This document shows, one piece after another, positions 43,717 through 53,878 of a DNA stretch of 64,000 bases (positions are counted from its first letter, which is position 1; each line of letters starts with the position of its first letter). The position numbers were made by a program, and so were the translations under genes. Under the pieces are notes generated by a model that had not been told where the DNA came from, made no database searches, and saw nothing but the letters and a program-made list of their open reading frames with translations. The stretch lies in the NCBI RefSeq assembly GCF_021246445.1, contig NZ_JAJQXW010000003.1:124001-188000 (forward strand), in the 5' to 3' direction. Source of the stretch: Rhabdothermincola salaria (lineage in GTDB: Bacteria > Actinomycetota > Acidimicrobiia > Acidimicrobiales > Acidimicrobilacustridaceae).

Positions 43717-45510
43717 ATGGCCGGTCACACCACCAACCAGAAGCTGCTCGATTGGGTCGAGCAGTGGCGGGAGGTCCTCCAGCCGGATCGGGTCCACTGG
43801 TGCGACGGCTCCGCCGAGGAGTACGACCGCCTCACCTCCGAGCTCGTCGCGGGCGGCACCTTCCGCACGCTGAACGAGGCCAAGCGGCCCAACAGCTACC
43901 TGGCCCTCTCCGACCCCGCCGACGTGGCCCGGGTCGAGGACCGCACCTACATCTGCTCCGAGGCCGAGATCGACGCCGGGCCCACCAACAACTGGCGGCC
44001 GCCGGCGGAGATGAAGGCCGAGCTCACCGGGCTCTACACCGGTGCCATGAAGGGCCGCACCATGTACGTGGTGCCCTTCTCGATGGGCCCGCTCGGATCG
44101 CCCATCGCCCACATCGGGGTCCAGCTCACCGACTCCGCCTACGTGGCCACCAACATGCGCATCATGACCCGCATGGGCCAGGGTGCCCTCGACGTGCTGG
44201 GCGACGGCCAGTGGGTGCCGTGCGTGCACTCGGTGGGGATGCCGCTCGCCGACGGCCAGGCCGACGTGCCGTGGCCCTGCGACGCCGAGAACAAGTACAT
44301 CGTGCACTTCCCCGAGACCCGCGAGATCTGGTCCTACGGCTCGGGCTACGGCGGCAACGCCCTGCTGGGCAAGAAGTGCTTCGCCCTGCGCATCGCCTCC
44401 ACCATGGCCCGCGACGGCGGCTGGATGGCCGAGCACATGCTCATCCTCGGGCTCACCTCCCCCGAGGGAGTCAAGAAGTACGTGGCCGCCGCGTTCCCGT
44501 CGGCCTGCGGCAAGACCAACATGGCGATGCTCATCCCCACCCTGCCCGGGTGGAAGGTCGAGACCGTCGGAGACGACATCGCCTGGATGAAGTTCGGCGA
44601 CGACGGGCGCCTCTACGCCATCAACCCCGAGGCCGGGTTCTTCGGCGTGGCCCCCGGCACCTCGACCAAGAGCAACTTCAACGCCCTTCGCTCGGTCGAC
44701 GCCAACTCCATCTTCACCAACTGCGCCCTCACCGACGACGGCGACATCTGGTGGGAAGACCTCACCGACGAGGCGCCGGCCCACCTCGTGGACTGGAAGG
44801 GCCAGGACTGGACCCCCGAGTCCGGCACCCCGGCGGCGCACCCCAACGCCCGCTTCACCGCGCCCGCGGCGCAGTGCCCCTCCATCGCTCCCGAGTGGGA
44901 GGACCCCGCCGGTGTGCCCATCTCGGCTGTGCTCTTCGGAGGACGCCGGGCCACCAACGTGCCGCTGGTCACCGAGTCCTTCGACTGGCAGCACGGCACC
45001 TTCCTCGGCTCCATCATGAGCTCGGAGAAGACCGCCGCGGCGGCCGGCACGGTGGGCGAGCTGCGCTTCGACCCCTTCGCCATGCTGCCCTTCTGCGGCT
45101 ACAACATGGGCGACTACATCGACCACTGGTTGAAGATCGGCCAGGCCACCGATGCCGAGAACCTCCCCAAGCTGTTCTGGGTGAACTGGTTCCGCAAGGA
45201 CGACGACGGCGCCTTCATGTGGCCGGGCTTCGGCGAGAACTCCCGTGTGCTGAAGTGGATCGTCGAGCGCCTCGAGGGTCGCGCCGACGCCGTCGACACC
45301 GCCATCGGCCGGGTGCCCACCGTCGAGTCGCTCGACACCACCGGACTCGACCTCGACGAGGCCACCCTCGCCACCTTGTTGTCGGTCGACAACGAGGCCT
45401 GGCGCCAGGAGATCCCCCAGATCGAGGACCACTTCGAGAAGCTGGGCGAACGCCTCCCCGACGAGATGCGAGACGAGCTCCGCGAGCTCGAGAAGCGCCT
45501 GGCCCAGTAG
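43717..45510 (+). CDS. pckG: Phosphoenolpyruvate carboxykinase (GTP)
   Basis: [71 protein letters not shown]. Confidence 0.98.
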   Translation: MAGHTTNQKLLDWVEQWREVLQPDRVHWCDGSAEEYDRLTSELVAGGTFRTLNEAKRPNSYLALSDPADVARVEDRTYICSEAEIDAGPTNNWRPPAEMKAELTGLYTGAMKGRTMYVVPFSMGPLGSPIAHIGVQLTDSAYVATNMRIMTRMGQGALDVLGDGQWVPCVHSVGMPLADGQADVPWPCDAENKYIVHFPETREIWSYGSGYGGNALLGKKCFALRIASTMARDGGWMAEHMLILGLTSPEGVKKYVAAAFPSACGKTNMAMLIPTLPGWKVETVGDDIAWMKFGDDGRLYAINPEAGFFGVAPGTSTKSNFNALRSVDANSIFTNCALTDDGDIWWEDLTDEAPAHLVDWKGQDWTPESGTPAAHPNARFTAPAAQCPSIAPEWEDPAGVPISAVLFGGRRATNVPLVTESFDWQHGTFLGSIMSSEKTAAAAGTVGELRFDPFAMLPFCGYNMGDYIDHWLKIGQATDAENLPKLFWVNWFRKDDDGAFMWPGFGENSRVLKWIVERLEGRADAVDTAIGRVPTVESLDTTGLDLDEATLATLLSVDNEAWRQEIPQIEDHFEKLGERLPDEMRDELRELEKRLAQ

Positions 45511-45530
45511 CACCGACCACCCAGGCACGC

Positions 45531-45564
45531 CGGCACGGGCGGGGCTCCGGCCCCGCCCGTGCCG
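45531..45564 (+). terminator. Perfect 15-bp hairpin after pckG
   Basis: CGGCACGGGCGGGGC-TCCG-GCCCCGCCCGTGCCG, 20 nt after the stop. Confidence 0.75.
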
Positions 45565-45660
45565 CGTCCCGGGCCGGGCCGGGCCACCTCAGGTGGTCGA
45601 CTCAGACGGTCGGGCTCACGGGGTCGGGATCACGGGGTCGAGCTCGGAGGGTCGGCGAGC

Positions 45661-47202
45661 TCAGCCGGCGAGGCGACGGACGCACGCCACGACCACGTCG
45701 TCCTCGTAGCCGGCGGTGGTCATCATCTCGAGCACGATGCGTCGGCCCAGCTCCCCCACCGGCAGGTGCCGGTGGGCGGCCACGACAGCATCGAGGCGGG
45801 CCAGGCCCACGTCGATGCTCTCCCCCCGTCGTTCCACCAGGCCGTCGGAGAAGCCGACGAGCACCGAGCCCGGCTCCATCACCACGGTGGCGTCGCCGCG
45901 GTGTCGATCGAGCTCGAGGCCGAGAGGGGCGGAGCGGGCTCCGTCGAGCCAGACCACCGGACCGTGCTCGGGCACGAGCACCATCGGCGGGTGACCGGCC
46001 GAGGAATAGGACACCACGCCCGACACCGGATCCAGGAACGCGCAGCAGACGGTGGCGAAGTCGGTGATGGCGTGGCGCACGGCGAAGGCGTCGACGGCGT
46101 CGAGCAGCCGGCTCGGGTGCTGGGCGAACGTGGCGAGGGCGAGGAACCCCGACCGCAGCTGGCCCATGGCCACGGCGGCGTCGAGGTTGTGGCCGACGAC
46201 GTCGCCGACGGCGACACCCAGGCGACCGTCGGCCAGGGTGAAGGTCTCGTACCAGTCGCCCCCGACCTCGAGGGCGTTCTCGGCCGCGGCGTAGTGGGTG
46301 GCCACGTCGAGGCCGGGGAGCGACACCACCCTCGCCGGGAGCAGCGCCCGTTGCAGGCGCAGCGCCAACCGGTGCTCCTCGTCGTGGAGCCGGCGCAGGC
46401 GCTCCTCGGCCTCCTTGCGGCCGGTGATGTCGATGACCGAGCCGACGTAGCCGAGGAACTCACCGTCGGCCCCCGTGCGAGGGGTGCCGGCATCGAGCGT
46501 CCAGCGGTAGCTCCCGTCGTCGCGACGGAGCCGGTAGTCGAGCTCGAAGGGGCGATGGTCGGCCGCGGCAGACAGGAACGACTCCTCGACCCGCTCGCGG
46601 TCGTCGGGATGGGTGGCCTCCAGCCAGCCGAGGCCCAGTCCGGTCTCGGGCGTCTGCCCGGTGAAGTCGTACCAGCGCTTGGACAGGTAGGTGCACGTGC
46701 CCTCGGAGTCGGTGACCCAGATCATCACCGGGACGCTGTCGGCCATGCTCCGGAACTGGGCCTCGCTCTCCCGCAGGGAGATCTCGGCCTCGTGGCGCTG
46801 GGTGACGTCGGAGAAGACCAGCACGAAACGGCCTCGGGGCTCGACCGCGGTGACGAAGACGTCGAAGCGCCGACCCATGGCCGGTGACTCCTGCTCGAAG
46901 CGCAGGGAACCCCCGCCGAGGGCGACGTTGGCGTAGGTCTCCAACCAGTGCGGCTCGAGGTCGGGCACCAGCTCCAGCGCCGTGTGCCCGGTCGCGTCCA
47001 CCAACCCGGTGGCGGCTTCGAACAGCGGGTTCGTCTCGAGGAAGCGGTAGTCGACGGGCTCCCCGTCGTCGTCGAGGACGAGCTCGCACATGCAGTAGCC
47101 CTGGTCGATGGCGGTGAAAACGGCCCGCAGCCGGGACTCGCTCTCCCTCAACGCCTCCGCATCGACCGAGTCGGGCTGGCTCCCGTGGGACTCCTCACGC
47201 AC
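45661..47202 (-). CDS. PAS-PAS-SpoIIE/PP2C phosphatase (RsbU/RsbP-like)
   Basis: Two PAS/PAC domains (WLEATHPDD, YRLRRDDGSYRW), LQRALLP, VGGDWY, GDVVGH, AGHPP, SDGLVE, EDDV. Confidence 0.92.
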   Translation of the reverse strand: MREESHGSQPDSVDAEALRESESRLRAVFTAIDQGYCMCELVLDDDGEPVDYRFLETNPLFEAATGLVDATGHTALELVPDLEPHWLETYANVALGGGSLRFEQESPAMGRRFDVFVTAVEPRGRFVLVFSDVTQRHEAEISLRESEAQFRSMADSVPVMIWVTDSEGTCTYLSKRWYDFTGQTPETGLGLGWLEATHPDDRERVEESFLSAAADHRPFELDYRLRRDDGSYRWTLDAGTPRTGADGEFLGYVGSVIDITGRKEAEERLRRLHDEEHRLALRLQRALLPARVVSLPGLDVATHYAAAENALEVGGDWYETFTLADGRLGVAVGDVVGHNLDAAVAMGQLRSGFLALATFAQHPSRLLDAVDAFAVRHAITDFATVCCAFLDPVSGVVSYSSAGHPPMVLVPEHGPVVWLDGARSAPLGLELDRHRGDATVVMEPGSVLVGFSDGLVERRGESIDVGLARLDAVVAAHRHLPVGELGRRIVLEMMTTAGYEDDVVVACVRRLAG

Positions 47203-47252
47203 ACCGGGAGGCTAACGGGACCGGGTTCTCCCGACTCGGCGTGAGCATCGCG

Positions 47253-47612
47253 TCACCAGTGCAACACCATGGCCCGGATGCCCAGGCCCATGATGAACAG
47301 GCAACCGAAGCCGTAGAGCAGGTACTGGCGGTCCTTCATCTGGGCCCGGTAGCTGTAGACGAGGCCCACCGAGGCCAGGGCGACGAAGCCGTAGAACTGA
47401 TGGAAGCCCGGAGCCTCGCGACCCTCGACGGACTGCCCGGCCACCCCGACGATCACCTGCACGGCCACGATGACCTGCACGGCGACCACGAACCACCACA
47501 GCGCCTTGGCCCGCAGGGCCGTGAGCCAGTTGGCAGCCAGGCACCACGCGCCGGCGAGGCCGTTGCCGATGACGAAGACCCAGGCCAGGACCTGGTGGAT
47601 GTCGAGGAGCAC
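47253..47612 (-). CDS. Small four-TM membrane protein
   Basis: Four hydrophobic segments with His in two of them; GC3-rich codons. Confidence 0.75.
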   Translation of the reverse strand: MLLDIHQVLAWVFVIGNGLAGAWCLAANWLTALRAKALWWFVVAVQVIVAVQVIVGVAGQSVEGREAPGFHQFYGFVALASVGLVYSYRAQMKDRQYLLYGFGCLFIMGLGIRAMVLHW

Positions 47613-47637
47613 GGGTGGGGGACGATGCGGGCCGGGC

Positions 47638-48042
47638 TCAGCCCTCGGGCGTGCTGGTCACCACGGGGACGTAGGACCACACCTCGCTGGAGACCCCCAC
47701 CGGCGCCTGTCCCCCGGGATGGCCACCCTCGCCCCCGCCGTGACCACCGGGCTGTCCGCCCGGGTGGCCACCCGGATGGCCGGCGCCGCCGCCGGGGGCC
47801 CCGGTCGTCCCGGCGTGGCCCTGGGCGAAGGCCGGCGAGGCGAGCCAGGCCTCGAAGGCCTCCTCGTCGCGCCAGCGGGTGACGACGAGCCAGGTCGTGC
47901 GATCGTCGGTGGGCTTCAACAGCTCGAAGCCCTCGAAGCCGTCCTGGCCGTCGACGGCGCCGGCCCGGGCGGCGAAGCGATGGGCCAGCTCGTCGCCGGC
48001 GTCGGCGGGCACGGTGATGGCGTTGATCCGGATGATCGTCAT
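47638..48042 (-). CDS. ABM-family monooxygenase, MhuD/IsdG heme-degrading-like, with Gly/His insertion
   Basis: IRINAITVP...ELAHRFAARA.AVD..DGF.GFELLKP...VVTRW.DEEAFEAW...AFAQGH: Asn, Trp and His at MhuD-like positions. Confidence 0.8.
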   Translation of the reverse strand: MTIIRINAITVPADAGDELAHRFAARAGAVDGQDGFEGFELLKPTDDRTTWLVVTRWRDEEAFEAWLASPAFAQGHAGTTGAPGGGAGHPGGHPGGQPGGHGGGEGGHPGGQAPVGVSSEVWSYVPVVTSTPEG

Positions 48043-48120
48043 GGGCCGATGCTGCCCCGACACCGCCCCGCCCGCCAGTCGACCCGAGGAGCGTCGGGGT
48101 CCCGCTCCTACACTGGAGGG

Positions 48121-49071
48121 GTGCTCAAGGCCAACGACCCCTGCTGGTGCGGTAGCGGCAAGAAGTTCAAGCGGTGCCACCGCGACCGGACCGAACAGCT
48201 GCGCCCCGGCACCATCAGCCCCGCCCGCTCGGTGCCCCCCGAGATCCCGCGGCCGGACTACGCCGAGTCCGGTGAGCCCCACCGATGGGCCGAACCGAGG
48301 GTGAAGTCCCCGGACGTCATCCGCCGGATGCGCACCGCTGGCCGGGCCGCCGCCGAGATCCTCGAGCTGGGCGGCGCCATGGCCGCGCCGGGCGTCACCA
48401 CCGACGAGATCGACGCCGCCGTCCACCAGGCCTACATCGACCACGGCGGCTACCCGAGCACCCTCAACTACCGCGGGTACCCGAAGTCGTTGTGCACCTC
48501 GGTGAACGAGGTGATCTGCCACGGCATCCCCGACGACCGGGCCCTGCGCGACGGCGACATCGTCAACCTCGACGTGACCATCTTCCTCGACGGCGTGCAC
48601 GGCGACACCAACGCCACCTTCCTGGTGGGCGACGTCGACGCGGCCTCCCGACAGCTGGTGGAGGTCACGCGCCAGTGCCTCGAGCACGGCATCGAGGCGG
48701 TGAAGCCCGGCCGCCCGTTCAACGAGATCGGTCGGGCCATCGAGACCCACGCCCACGCCCACGGCTACGAGGTCGTCCGGGCCTTCGTGGGGCACGGCAT
48801 CGGTGAGCAGTTCCACACCGATCTGCAGATCCCGCACTACTTCGAGCCCCGCTTCACCACCGTCATCGAGCCGGGGATGGTCTTCACCATCGAGCCGATG
48901 ATCTCGATCGGCACCGGCAACCACCGCATCTGGGACGACGACTGGACGGCGGTCACCGCCGACGGCAGCCGCACCGCCCAGTTCGAGCACACCGTGCTCG
49001 TCACCGACACCGGGGTCGAGGTGCTCACCGCGCCCGCCGTGGTGCCGGCCCAGGGCTCCACCGCCTCCTGA
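48121..49071 (+). CDS. map: Type I methionine aminopeptidase with N-terminal SEC-C motif
   Basis: NDPCWCGSGKKFKRCH; CTSVNEVICHGIPD, DIVNLDVT, HGDT, GHGIG..FH, FTIEPM, AQFEHT; GTG 6 nt after TACACT. Confidence 0.95.
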   Translation: MLKANDPCWCGSGKKFKRCHRDRTEQLRPGTISPARSVPPEIPRPDYAESGEPHRWAEPRVKSPDVIRRMRTAGRAAAEILELGGAMAAPGVTTDEIDAAVHQAYIDHGGYPSTLNYRGYPKSLCTSVNEVICHGIPDDRALRDGDIVNLDVTIFLDGVHGDTNATFLVGDVDAASRQLVEVTRQCLEHGIEAVKPGRPFNEIGRAIETHAHAHGYEVVRAFVGHGIGEQFHTDLQIPHYFEPRFTTVIEPGMVFTIEPMISIGTGNHRIWDDDWTAVTADGSRTAQFEHTVLVTDTGVEVLTAPAVVPAQGSTAS

Positions 49072-49072
49072 C

Positions 49073-49378
49073 GTGGACCACGCCAGCTTCACGGTCGCCA
49101 CGCTCCACGTGGGACCGACCGAGCTGCACCTGCTCTACGCCGACCTGGTCGTGGTGCGCCATCCCGGCGCCGACGAGCTCGACTGGGAGTGCGTGGCCGC
49201 CACCCTCCCGGGCCCGGCGTACGCCCGTGAGCCGCACCGGCTCACCATGGTGGTCCTCGACGACGGCCGCACGCTGGCCGGCGACGCCGTGGTCGTGCGC
49301 TCCGACGAGCAGCGCCACGTGTTCCGGGGCATGGGGCCGCTCGAGGGGCTGCACGCCGACGACGTCCCCGGAGGCTGA
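49073..49378 (+). CDS. Hypothetical protein (101 aa)
   Basis: Starts right after the map stop; GC3-rich codons; beta-rich pattern. Confidence 0.65.
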   Translation: MDHASFTVATLHVGPTELHLLYADLVVVRHPGADELDWECVAATLPGPAYAREPHRLTMVVLDDGRTLAGDAVVVRSDEQRHVFRGMGPLEGLHADDVPGG

Positions 49379-49407
49379 GCGCTCGGCCCGACCGCCGCGG
49401 GGCCGGA

Positions 49408-49905
49408 TCAGTCGATGGTGGCCGACACGAGCTGACCGGCCTCGAAGCCGAGGGTGACCGACCCTGCGCCCGACGCCCCCTCGGCCGTGCAGGCGACGAA
49501 TCCGGTTCCCTCGTCGAGGGGCGCGGCGCTGGGGCACAGGAGCTCGACGTCCTCGCCGGCCTGGGCGGCGACCTCGTCGGCCGCCAGCTGCATCACCTGC
49601 GAGGTCATCAACACGACGTCGGGGCTCGAGGCGATGTCGACCCTGCCTTCGTCGTCGGCCATGGTGACCACCATGGCGAAGGTGACATCGTCGGTGGTGG
49701 TGACCTCGCAGTCGAACGACTCGCCCTCGGCCGCTTCGATGTCGGTCGGGCACGTCACGGTCGCGGCGCTGACGCCGGCGTCGTCGAGCACCGTCTCGAT
49801 CTCGGCCTCGGCCTTGTTCGCATCGATGACGGTGGTCGAGGAGCAGGCGGCGAGGGCGAGACCGGCCAGGCCGGCGACGGCTACCAGGCGGGGCAGGCGG
49901 TTCAC
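49408..49905 (-). CDS. DUF4333-like lipoprotein (two repeats)
   Basis: Lipobox LAACS; VTCPTDIEAAEGESFDCEV and a second CP...C unit; GGAGG RBS. Confidence 0.75.
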   Translation of the reverse strand: MNRLPRLVAVAGLAGLALAACSSTTVIDANKAEAEIETVLDDAGVSAATVTCPTDIEAAEGESFDCEVTTTDDVTFAMVVTMADDEGRVDIASSPDVVLMTSQVMQLAADEVAAQAGEDVELLCPSAAPLDEGTGFVACTAEGASGAGSVTLGFEAGQLVSATID

Positions 49906-49964
49906 GGAGGCCTCCTGATGAGGTTGCGTGTCGACACGAGCGCGCCGGCGGCGCCAGCACGATC

Positions 49965-50816
49965 TCATGAGCCGTCGAACAGCGACGCCACGAACGGGTC
50001 GCCCGGGAGTCGGCGAACCCCGTGGGCGATGAACCACTCCGTGCCGAACGCCCCGGCGAAGGCGTCGTCGTCCATGGTCAAGAAGAACGAGTCGGGCCCG
50101 ATCTGGCTGGCATGGGCCTGCATGGCGGCCCGTTTGCGGTCGAGCACCGCGCTGACGTCGACGCCATGGGTGATGAGGTCCTCGGGCGACCCGAAGGTCT
50201 CCTCGACCGCTCGGCGCATCCGCTCCTGCTCGGCCTCCGGGAGCTCGGTGGTGTCGACCCCCTCGGCGGCCTCCTCCAACTCGACCTCGAACTCGCCCGC
50301 TCGGGCGGCCATGGCCCGCCGGATGTGATCGCGGTTCATGGTCGACTCGAACACGGCCGGGACGCCGGCCTTCTCGGCGGCCAGCAGACCGACCCGGTGG
50401 ACCTGGATGTGGTCGGGGTGCCCGTACCCGCCGTGGTCGTCGTAGACGGTGAGCACGTCGGCGCCCACCTCGCGCAACAGCAGGGCCAGACGGTCGGAGG
50501 CCTGGTCGAGGTCGGCGCGCCAGAAGCACGCCGGGTTCTCGTTGGTCGCCTCGCCCATCATGCCGGAGTCCTCGTAGCCGAGGAACTCGACGCGGGAGAC
50601 GCCCAGGAGGCGGGCTGCTTCGTGGGTCTCGGCCACTCGCCGCTCCCACAGGGCCTCACCCTCCGCCAGAACCCCTGGTTGGGGTTCGCCCTGCTCGCCG
50701 CGCGTGCCGAGCACGAGGACCACCTCGTGACCGGCGTCGGCCGCCAGGGCCATGGTCCCACCCGTGGCGATCGACTCGTCATCGGGATGGGCGTGGAAGC
50801 AGACCAGAGTCGCCAT
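49965..50816 (-). CDS. PIG-L/LmbE-family deacetylase (MshB/Mca-like)
   Basis: FHAHPDDE, TRGEQGE, YEDSGMMG, YDDHGGYGHPDHIQVH, AHASQI. Confidence 0.9.
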   Translation of the reverse strand: MATLVCFHAHPDDESIATGGTMALAADAGHEVVLVLGTRGEQGEPQPGVLAEGEALWERRVAETHEAARLLGVSRVEFLGYEDSGMMGEATNENPACFWRADLDQASDRLALLLREVGADVLTVYDDHGGYGHPDHIQVHRVGLLAAEKAGVPAVFESTMNRDHIRRAMAARAGEFEVELEEAAEGVDTTELPEAEQERMRRAVEETFGSPEDLITHGVDVSAVLDRKRAAMQAHASQIGPDSFFLTMDDDAFAGAFGTEWFIAHGVRRLPGDPFVASLFDGS

Positions 50817-50841
50817 CGGGCCGAGCCTACGGGGGCGCGGG

Positions 50842-52002
50842 TCAGGCCACGGCGCCGGCGGCGCGACGAGCGGCGATGGTGTCGGCGTCGAGCCCGGCCC
50901 ACTCGGCGAGGACCTCGTCGGTGTGCTGGCCCGCGTGCGCAGGCGGCCGCTGGATCTCCGCCGAGGTCCGCGAGAACCGCGGGGCCGGTGCGGGTTGGAC
51001 GACCTCGTCGCGGGTCACGAAGTTCTCCCGGGCCACGTTGTGGGGATGGGTCGGCGCCTCGCCGAGACCGAGCACGGGCACCACGCAGGCATCGGTGCCG
51101 TCGAAGATGGCCGCCCACTCGTCACGCGTCTTGGTGGCGATCACCGCCGCCAGGCGCTCCTTCAGCGCCGGCCACAGCGAACGATCGCTCTGCCGGGCGA
51201 AGTCCGGGTCGTCGGCCAGGCCGGTCTTGTCGAGGAGGATGGCGTAGAACTGCGGCTCGATGGCCCCGACCGACAGGAACCGGCCGTCGGCGCACTCGTA
51301 CACCTCGTAGTAGTGGGCGCCCGAGTCGAGCATGTTGGCGCCGCGCTCGTCGGACCAGATCCCCATGGCCTTGAAACCGTGCAGGAAGGTGGTGAGCACC
51401 GCCGAGCCGTCGACCATGGCGGCGTCGATGACCTGGCCCTGGCCGGAGGTGCGGGCCTCGAGCACGCCGCAGACGATGCCGAAGGCCAGCATCAGCCCAC
51501 CACCGCCGAAGTCGCCGATGAGGTTCAGCGGCGGCTGCGGGCGCTCGTCGGGGCGACCGATGGCCCCGAGCACGCCGGCGATGGAGATGTAGTTCATGTC
51601 GTGGCCGGCCATGGAGGCCATGGGGCCCTCCTGACCCCAGCCCGTCATGCGGCCGTACACCAGGCGGGGGTTCTGCCCGAGGCACACCTCGGGGCCGAGG
51701 CCCAAGCGCTCCATGACCCCCGGCCGGAAGCCCTCGACGAGGGCGTCGGCCCCGGCGACGAGCTCGAGCACCGTGGCCACGCCGTCGGGGTGCTTCAGGT
51801 CGACGGCCACGGAACGGCGACCGCGGTTCATGACGTCCTTGGGCGGCGCCGCCGGGTCACCCCCGTAGGCCGACGACGCCCGGTCGACACGCACCACGTC
51901 GGCACCCATGTCGGCCAGCATCATCGCCGCGAACGGCCCCGGTCCGATCCCGGCGATCTCCACGACCTTCACCCCAGCGAGTGGTCCCATCGGGTGTGCC
52001 AT
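50842..52002 (-). CDS. mcr: CaiB/BaiF family III CoA-transferase, alpha-methylacyl-CoA racemase-like
   Basis: GPLAGVKVVEIAGIGPGPFAAMMLADMGA, EGFRPGVMERLGLGP, AGHDMNY, GDFGGG, IDAAMVDG. Confidence 0.88.
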   Translation of the reverse strand: MAHPMGPLAGVKVVEIAGIGPGPFAAMMLADMGADVVRVDRASSAYGGDPAAPPKDVMNRGRRSVAVDLKHPDGVATVLELVAGADALVEGFRPGVMERLGLGPEVCLGQNPRLVYGRMTGWGQEGPMASMAGHDMNYISIAGVLGAIGRPDERPQPPLNLIGDFGGGGLMLAFGIVCGVLEARTSGQGQVIDAAMVDGSAVLTTFLHGFKAMGIWSDERGANMLDSGAHYYEVYECADGRFLSVGAIEPQFYAILLDKTGLADDPDFARQSDRSLWPALKERLAAVIATKTRDEWAAIFDGTDACVVPVLGLGEAPTHPHNVARENFVTRDEVVQPAPAPRFSRTSAEIQRPPAHAGQHTDEVLAEWAGLDADTIAARRAAGAVA

Positions 52003-52054
52003 TCCTCCTGTGGGCCCCGCCGCAGCGGTGGCCACCTCGAGCGTCGGGGACCGG

Positions 52055-52933
52055 TCAGCCGGCCGCGCGCGACGCGAGCGCCGTCACGTGCTGGATGACC
52101 GAGGCCCAGTAGTACCGGGGAAGATCATGGCCGGTGTCCTCGAGACGGAGGAACTCCGACCCCTCGAGGCACTCCGCCGTGCGCTCTCCCCCACTGACGT
52201 CGACGAGCGGATCGATGTCGCCGTGGATGACGAGAGCCGGGACCTCGAGGGCCCGTAGACCCGCCGATCGCGGAGGGGACACCAAGATGGCGAGCAGCTG
52301 CCGGGCCACGCCCTCCGGGTAGAAGCAGCGGTCGTAGGCCTGAGCCGCCTTCTCCCTGGCCCAGTCGTCGTCGGCGTGCACCGGCCCGGAGAGGAACCGG
52401 GAGTTGGCCACCTCGCGTTCGATGTAGGCCTCGCGTTCGGTGGGCGACTCGGCCAGGAGCAGGCTCACCGCGTCCGGGGAGGGCTGGCCCACGTCCGGGT
52501 CGCCCGTGGTCGACATGTGCGACGTGAGGGTCAGGGTCCGGTCGGGGCGATCGATGGCCATCTGCTGCACGATCATCCCGCCCATCGACGCGCCCATGAG
52601 GTGGGCCCGGTCGACGCCCAGGTGGTCGAGGAGGCCCCAGGCGTCGGCCGCCATGTCGGCGAGCACGTAGGGCGCCTCCACCGGCCCACCCGAGAAGGCC
52701 GCCATCATCGACGCCAGCACGTCGGTGCCGTGATCCTCGATCTTGGTGGACAGGCCCACGTCTCGGTTGTCGAAGCGCACGACGTGGAAGCCCCGGTCGA
52801 CGAGGCCCTCGCAGAAGTCGGGGTGCCATGACAGCAGCTGGGCACCGAGCCCGTGCACGAGCAGCAGCGTGGGGTCCGCCGGATCGCCATGGGTCTCGTA
52901 CTCGATCTCGATGCCGTCGGTCGCAGCGCGCAT
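52055..52933 (-). CDS. Alpha/beta fold hydrolase (LipG-like)
   Basis: LLVHGLG, FDNRDVGLS, GASMGG, IHGDIDPL, GHDL. Confidence 0.9.
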   Translation of the reverse strand: MRAATDGIEIEYETHGDPADPTLLLVHGLGAQLLSWHPDFCEGLVDRGFHVVRFDNRDVGLSTKIEDHGTDVLASMMAAFSGGPVEAPYVLADMAADAWGLLDHLGVDRAHLMGASMGGMIVQQMAIDRPDRTLTLTSHMSTTGDPDVGQPSPDAVSLLLAESPTEREAYIEREVANSRFLSGPVHADDDWAREKAAQAYDRCFYPEGVARQLLAILVSPPRSAGLRALEVPALVIHGDIDPLVDVSGGERTAECLEGSEFLRLEDTGHDLPRYYWASVIQHVTALASRAAG

Positions 52934-53024
52934 GGCGCGACACACTTCCCGCTCCCCGCCGACGGGTCAACCGGCTCGGAGCTCTCGGAGCCGGCGGGGG
53001 CGCGGCGACCGGTACGGTTCGGCC

Positions 53025-53876
53025 GTGGAACGGATCGATCCGCTGACCGGGGACCGGGCCCGGATCGTGGCGTCCCGCCAGTCCCGCCCCAACCTGCCCG
53101 ACCAGGGGTGCCCGTTCTGCCCGGGGGGCCTCGAGGCCCCGGAGCCCTACGACGTGCGCTGGTTCCCCAACCGGTGGCCGCCGTTTCCCGACGAGCGGGC
53201 CGAGATCGTGCTCTACACGCCCCGCCACGACGCGTCGTTCGCCGACCTGGGCCGCGAGGAGGCCCGACAGGTGGTCGACCTGTGGGCGGCGCGCAGCCGG
53301 GCCCTGGGCGACCGCGACGATGTCGGCTACGTCTTGGTCTTCGAGAACCGGGGACCGGAGGTGGGCGCCACGATCTCGCACCCACACGGCCAGATCTACG
53401 CCTTCGACACCGTCCCTCCACGCGCCGCCACCGAGCTCCTCCGCGGCGATGCGACCGGCGCCCTCGGCCCCGACGCCCCCGACGACCGCCTGGTCGCCAC
53501 CTCGTCGTCCGGCTGGCGGGCCTGGGTCCCGTGGGCCGCGACGTGGCCCTACGAGTTGGTCCTCGCCCCCGTGGAGGCGGTGCCCGATCTGCCCTCGCTC
53601 GACCCCGCCGGGCGACAGGCCCTCGGCGACCTGCTCGTCGACGTGGTGGGTCGCCTCGACCGTCTCTTCGACGCACCGATGCCCCTCATGATGTGGTTCC
53701 ACCAGCGACCCTTCGACGGAGGCGACTGGCCCGACGCCTGGCTCCACGCCCACATCGCGCCCCTGCTGAGGGCTCCGGGGGTGCAACGCTTCGTGGCCGC
53801 CGGCGAGCTCGGGAGCCAGGTGTGGTTCAACCCGGTGGCGCCGGCCGACGCCGCCCAGCAGCTGCGGGACGCCTGA
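53025..53876 (+). CDS. galT: Galactose-1-phosphate uridylyltransferase
   Basis: CPFCPGG, FENRG.EVGATISHPHGQIY, AAGELG; GTG 6 nt after TACGGT. Confidence 0.92.
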   Translation: MERIDPLTGDRARIVASRQSRPNLPDQGCPFCPGGLEAPEPYDVRWFPNRWPPFPDERAEIVLYTPRHDASFADLGREEARQVVDLWAARSRALGDRDDVGYVLVFENRGPEVGATISHPHGQIYAFDTVPPRAATELLRGDATGALGPDAPDDRLVATSSSGWRAWVPWAATWPYELVLAPVEAVPDLPSLDPAGRQALGDLLVDVVGRLDRLFDAPMPLMMWFHQRPFDGGDWPDAWLHAHIAPLLRAPGVQRFVAAGELGSQVWFNPVAPADAAQQLRDA

Positions 53877-53878
53877 CC

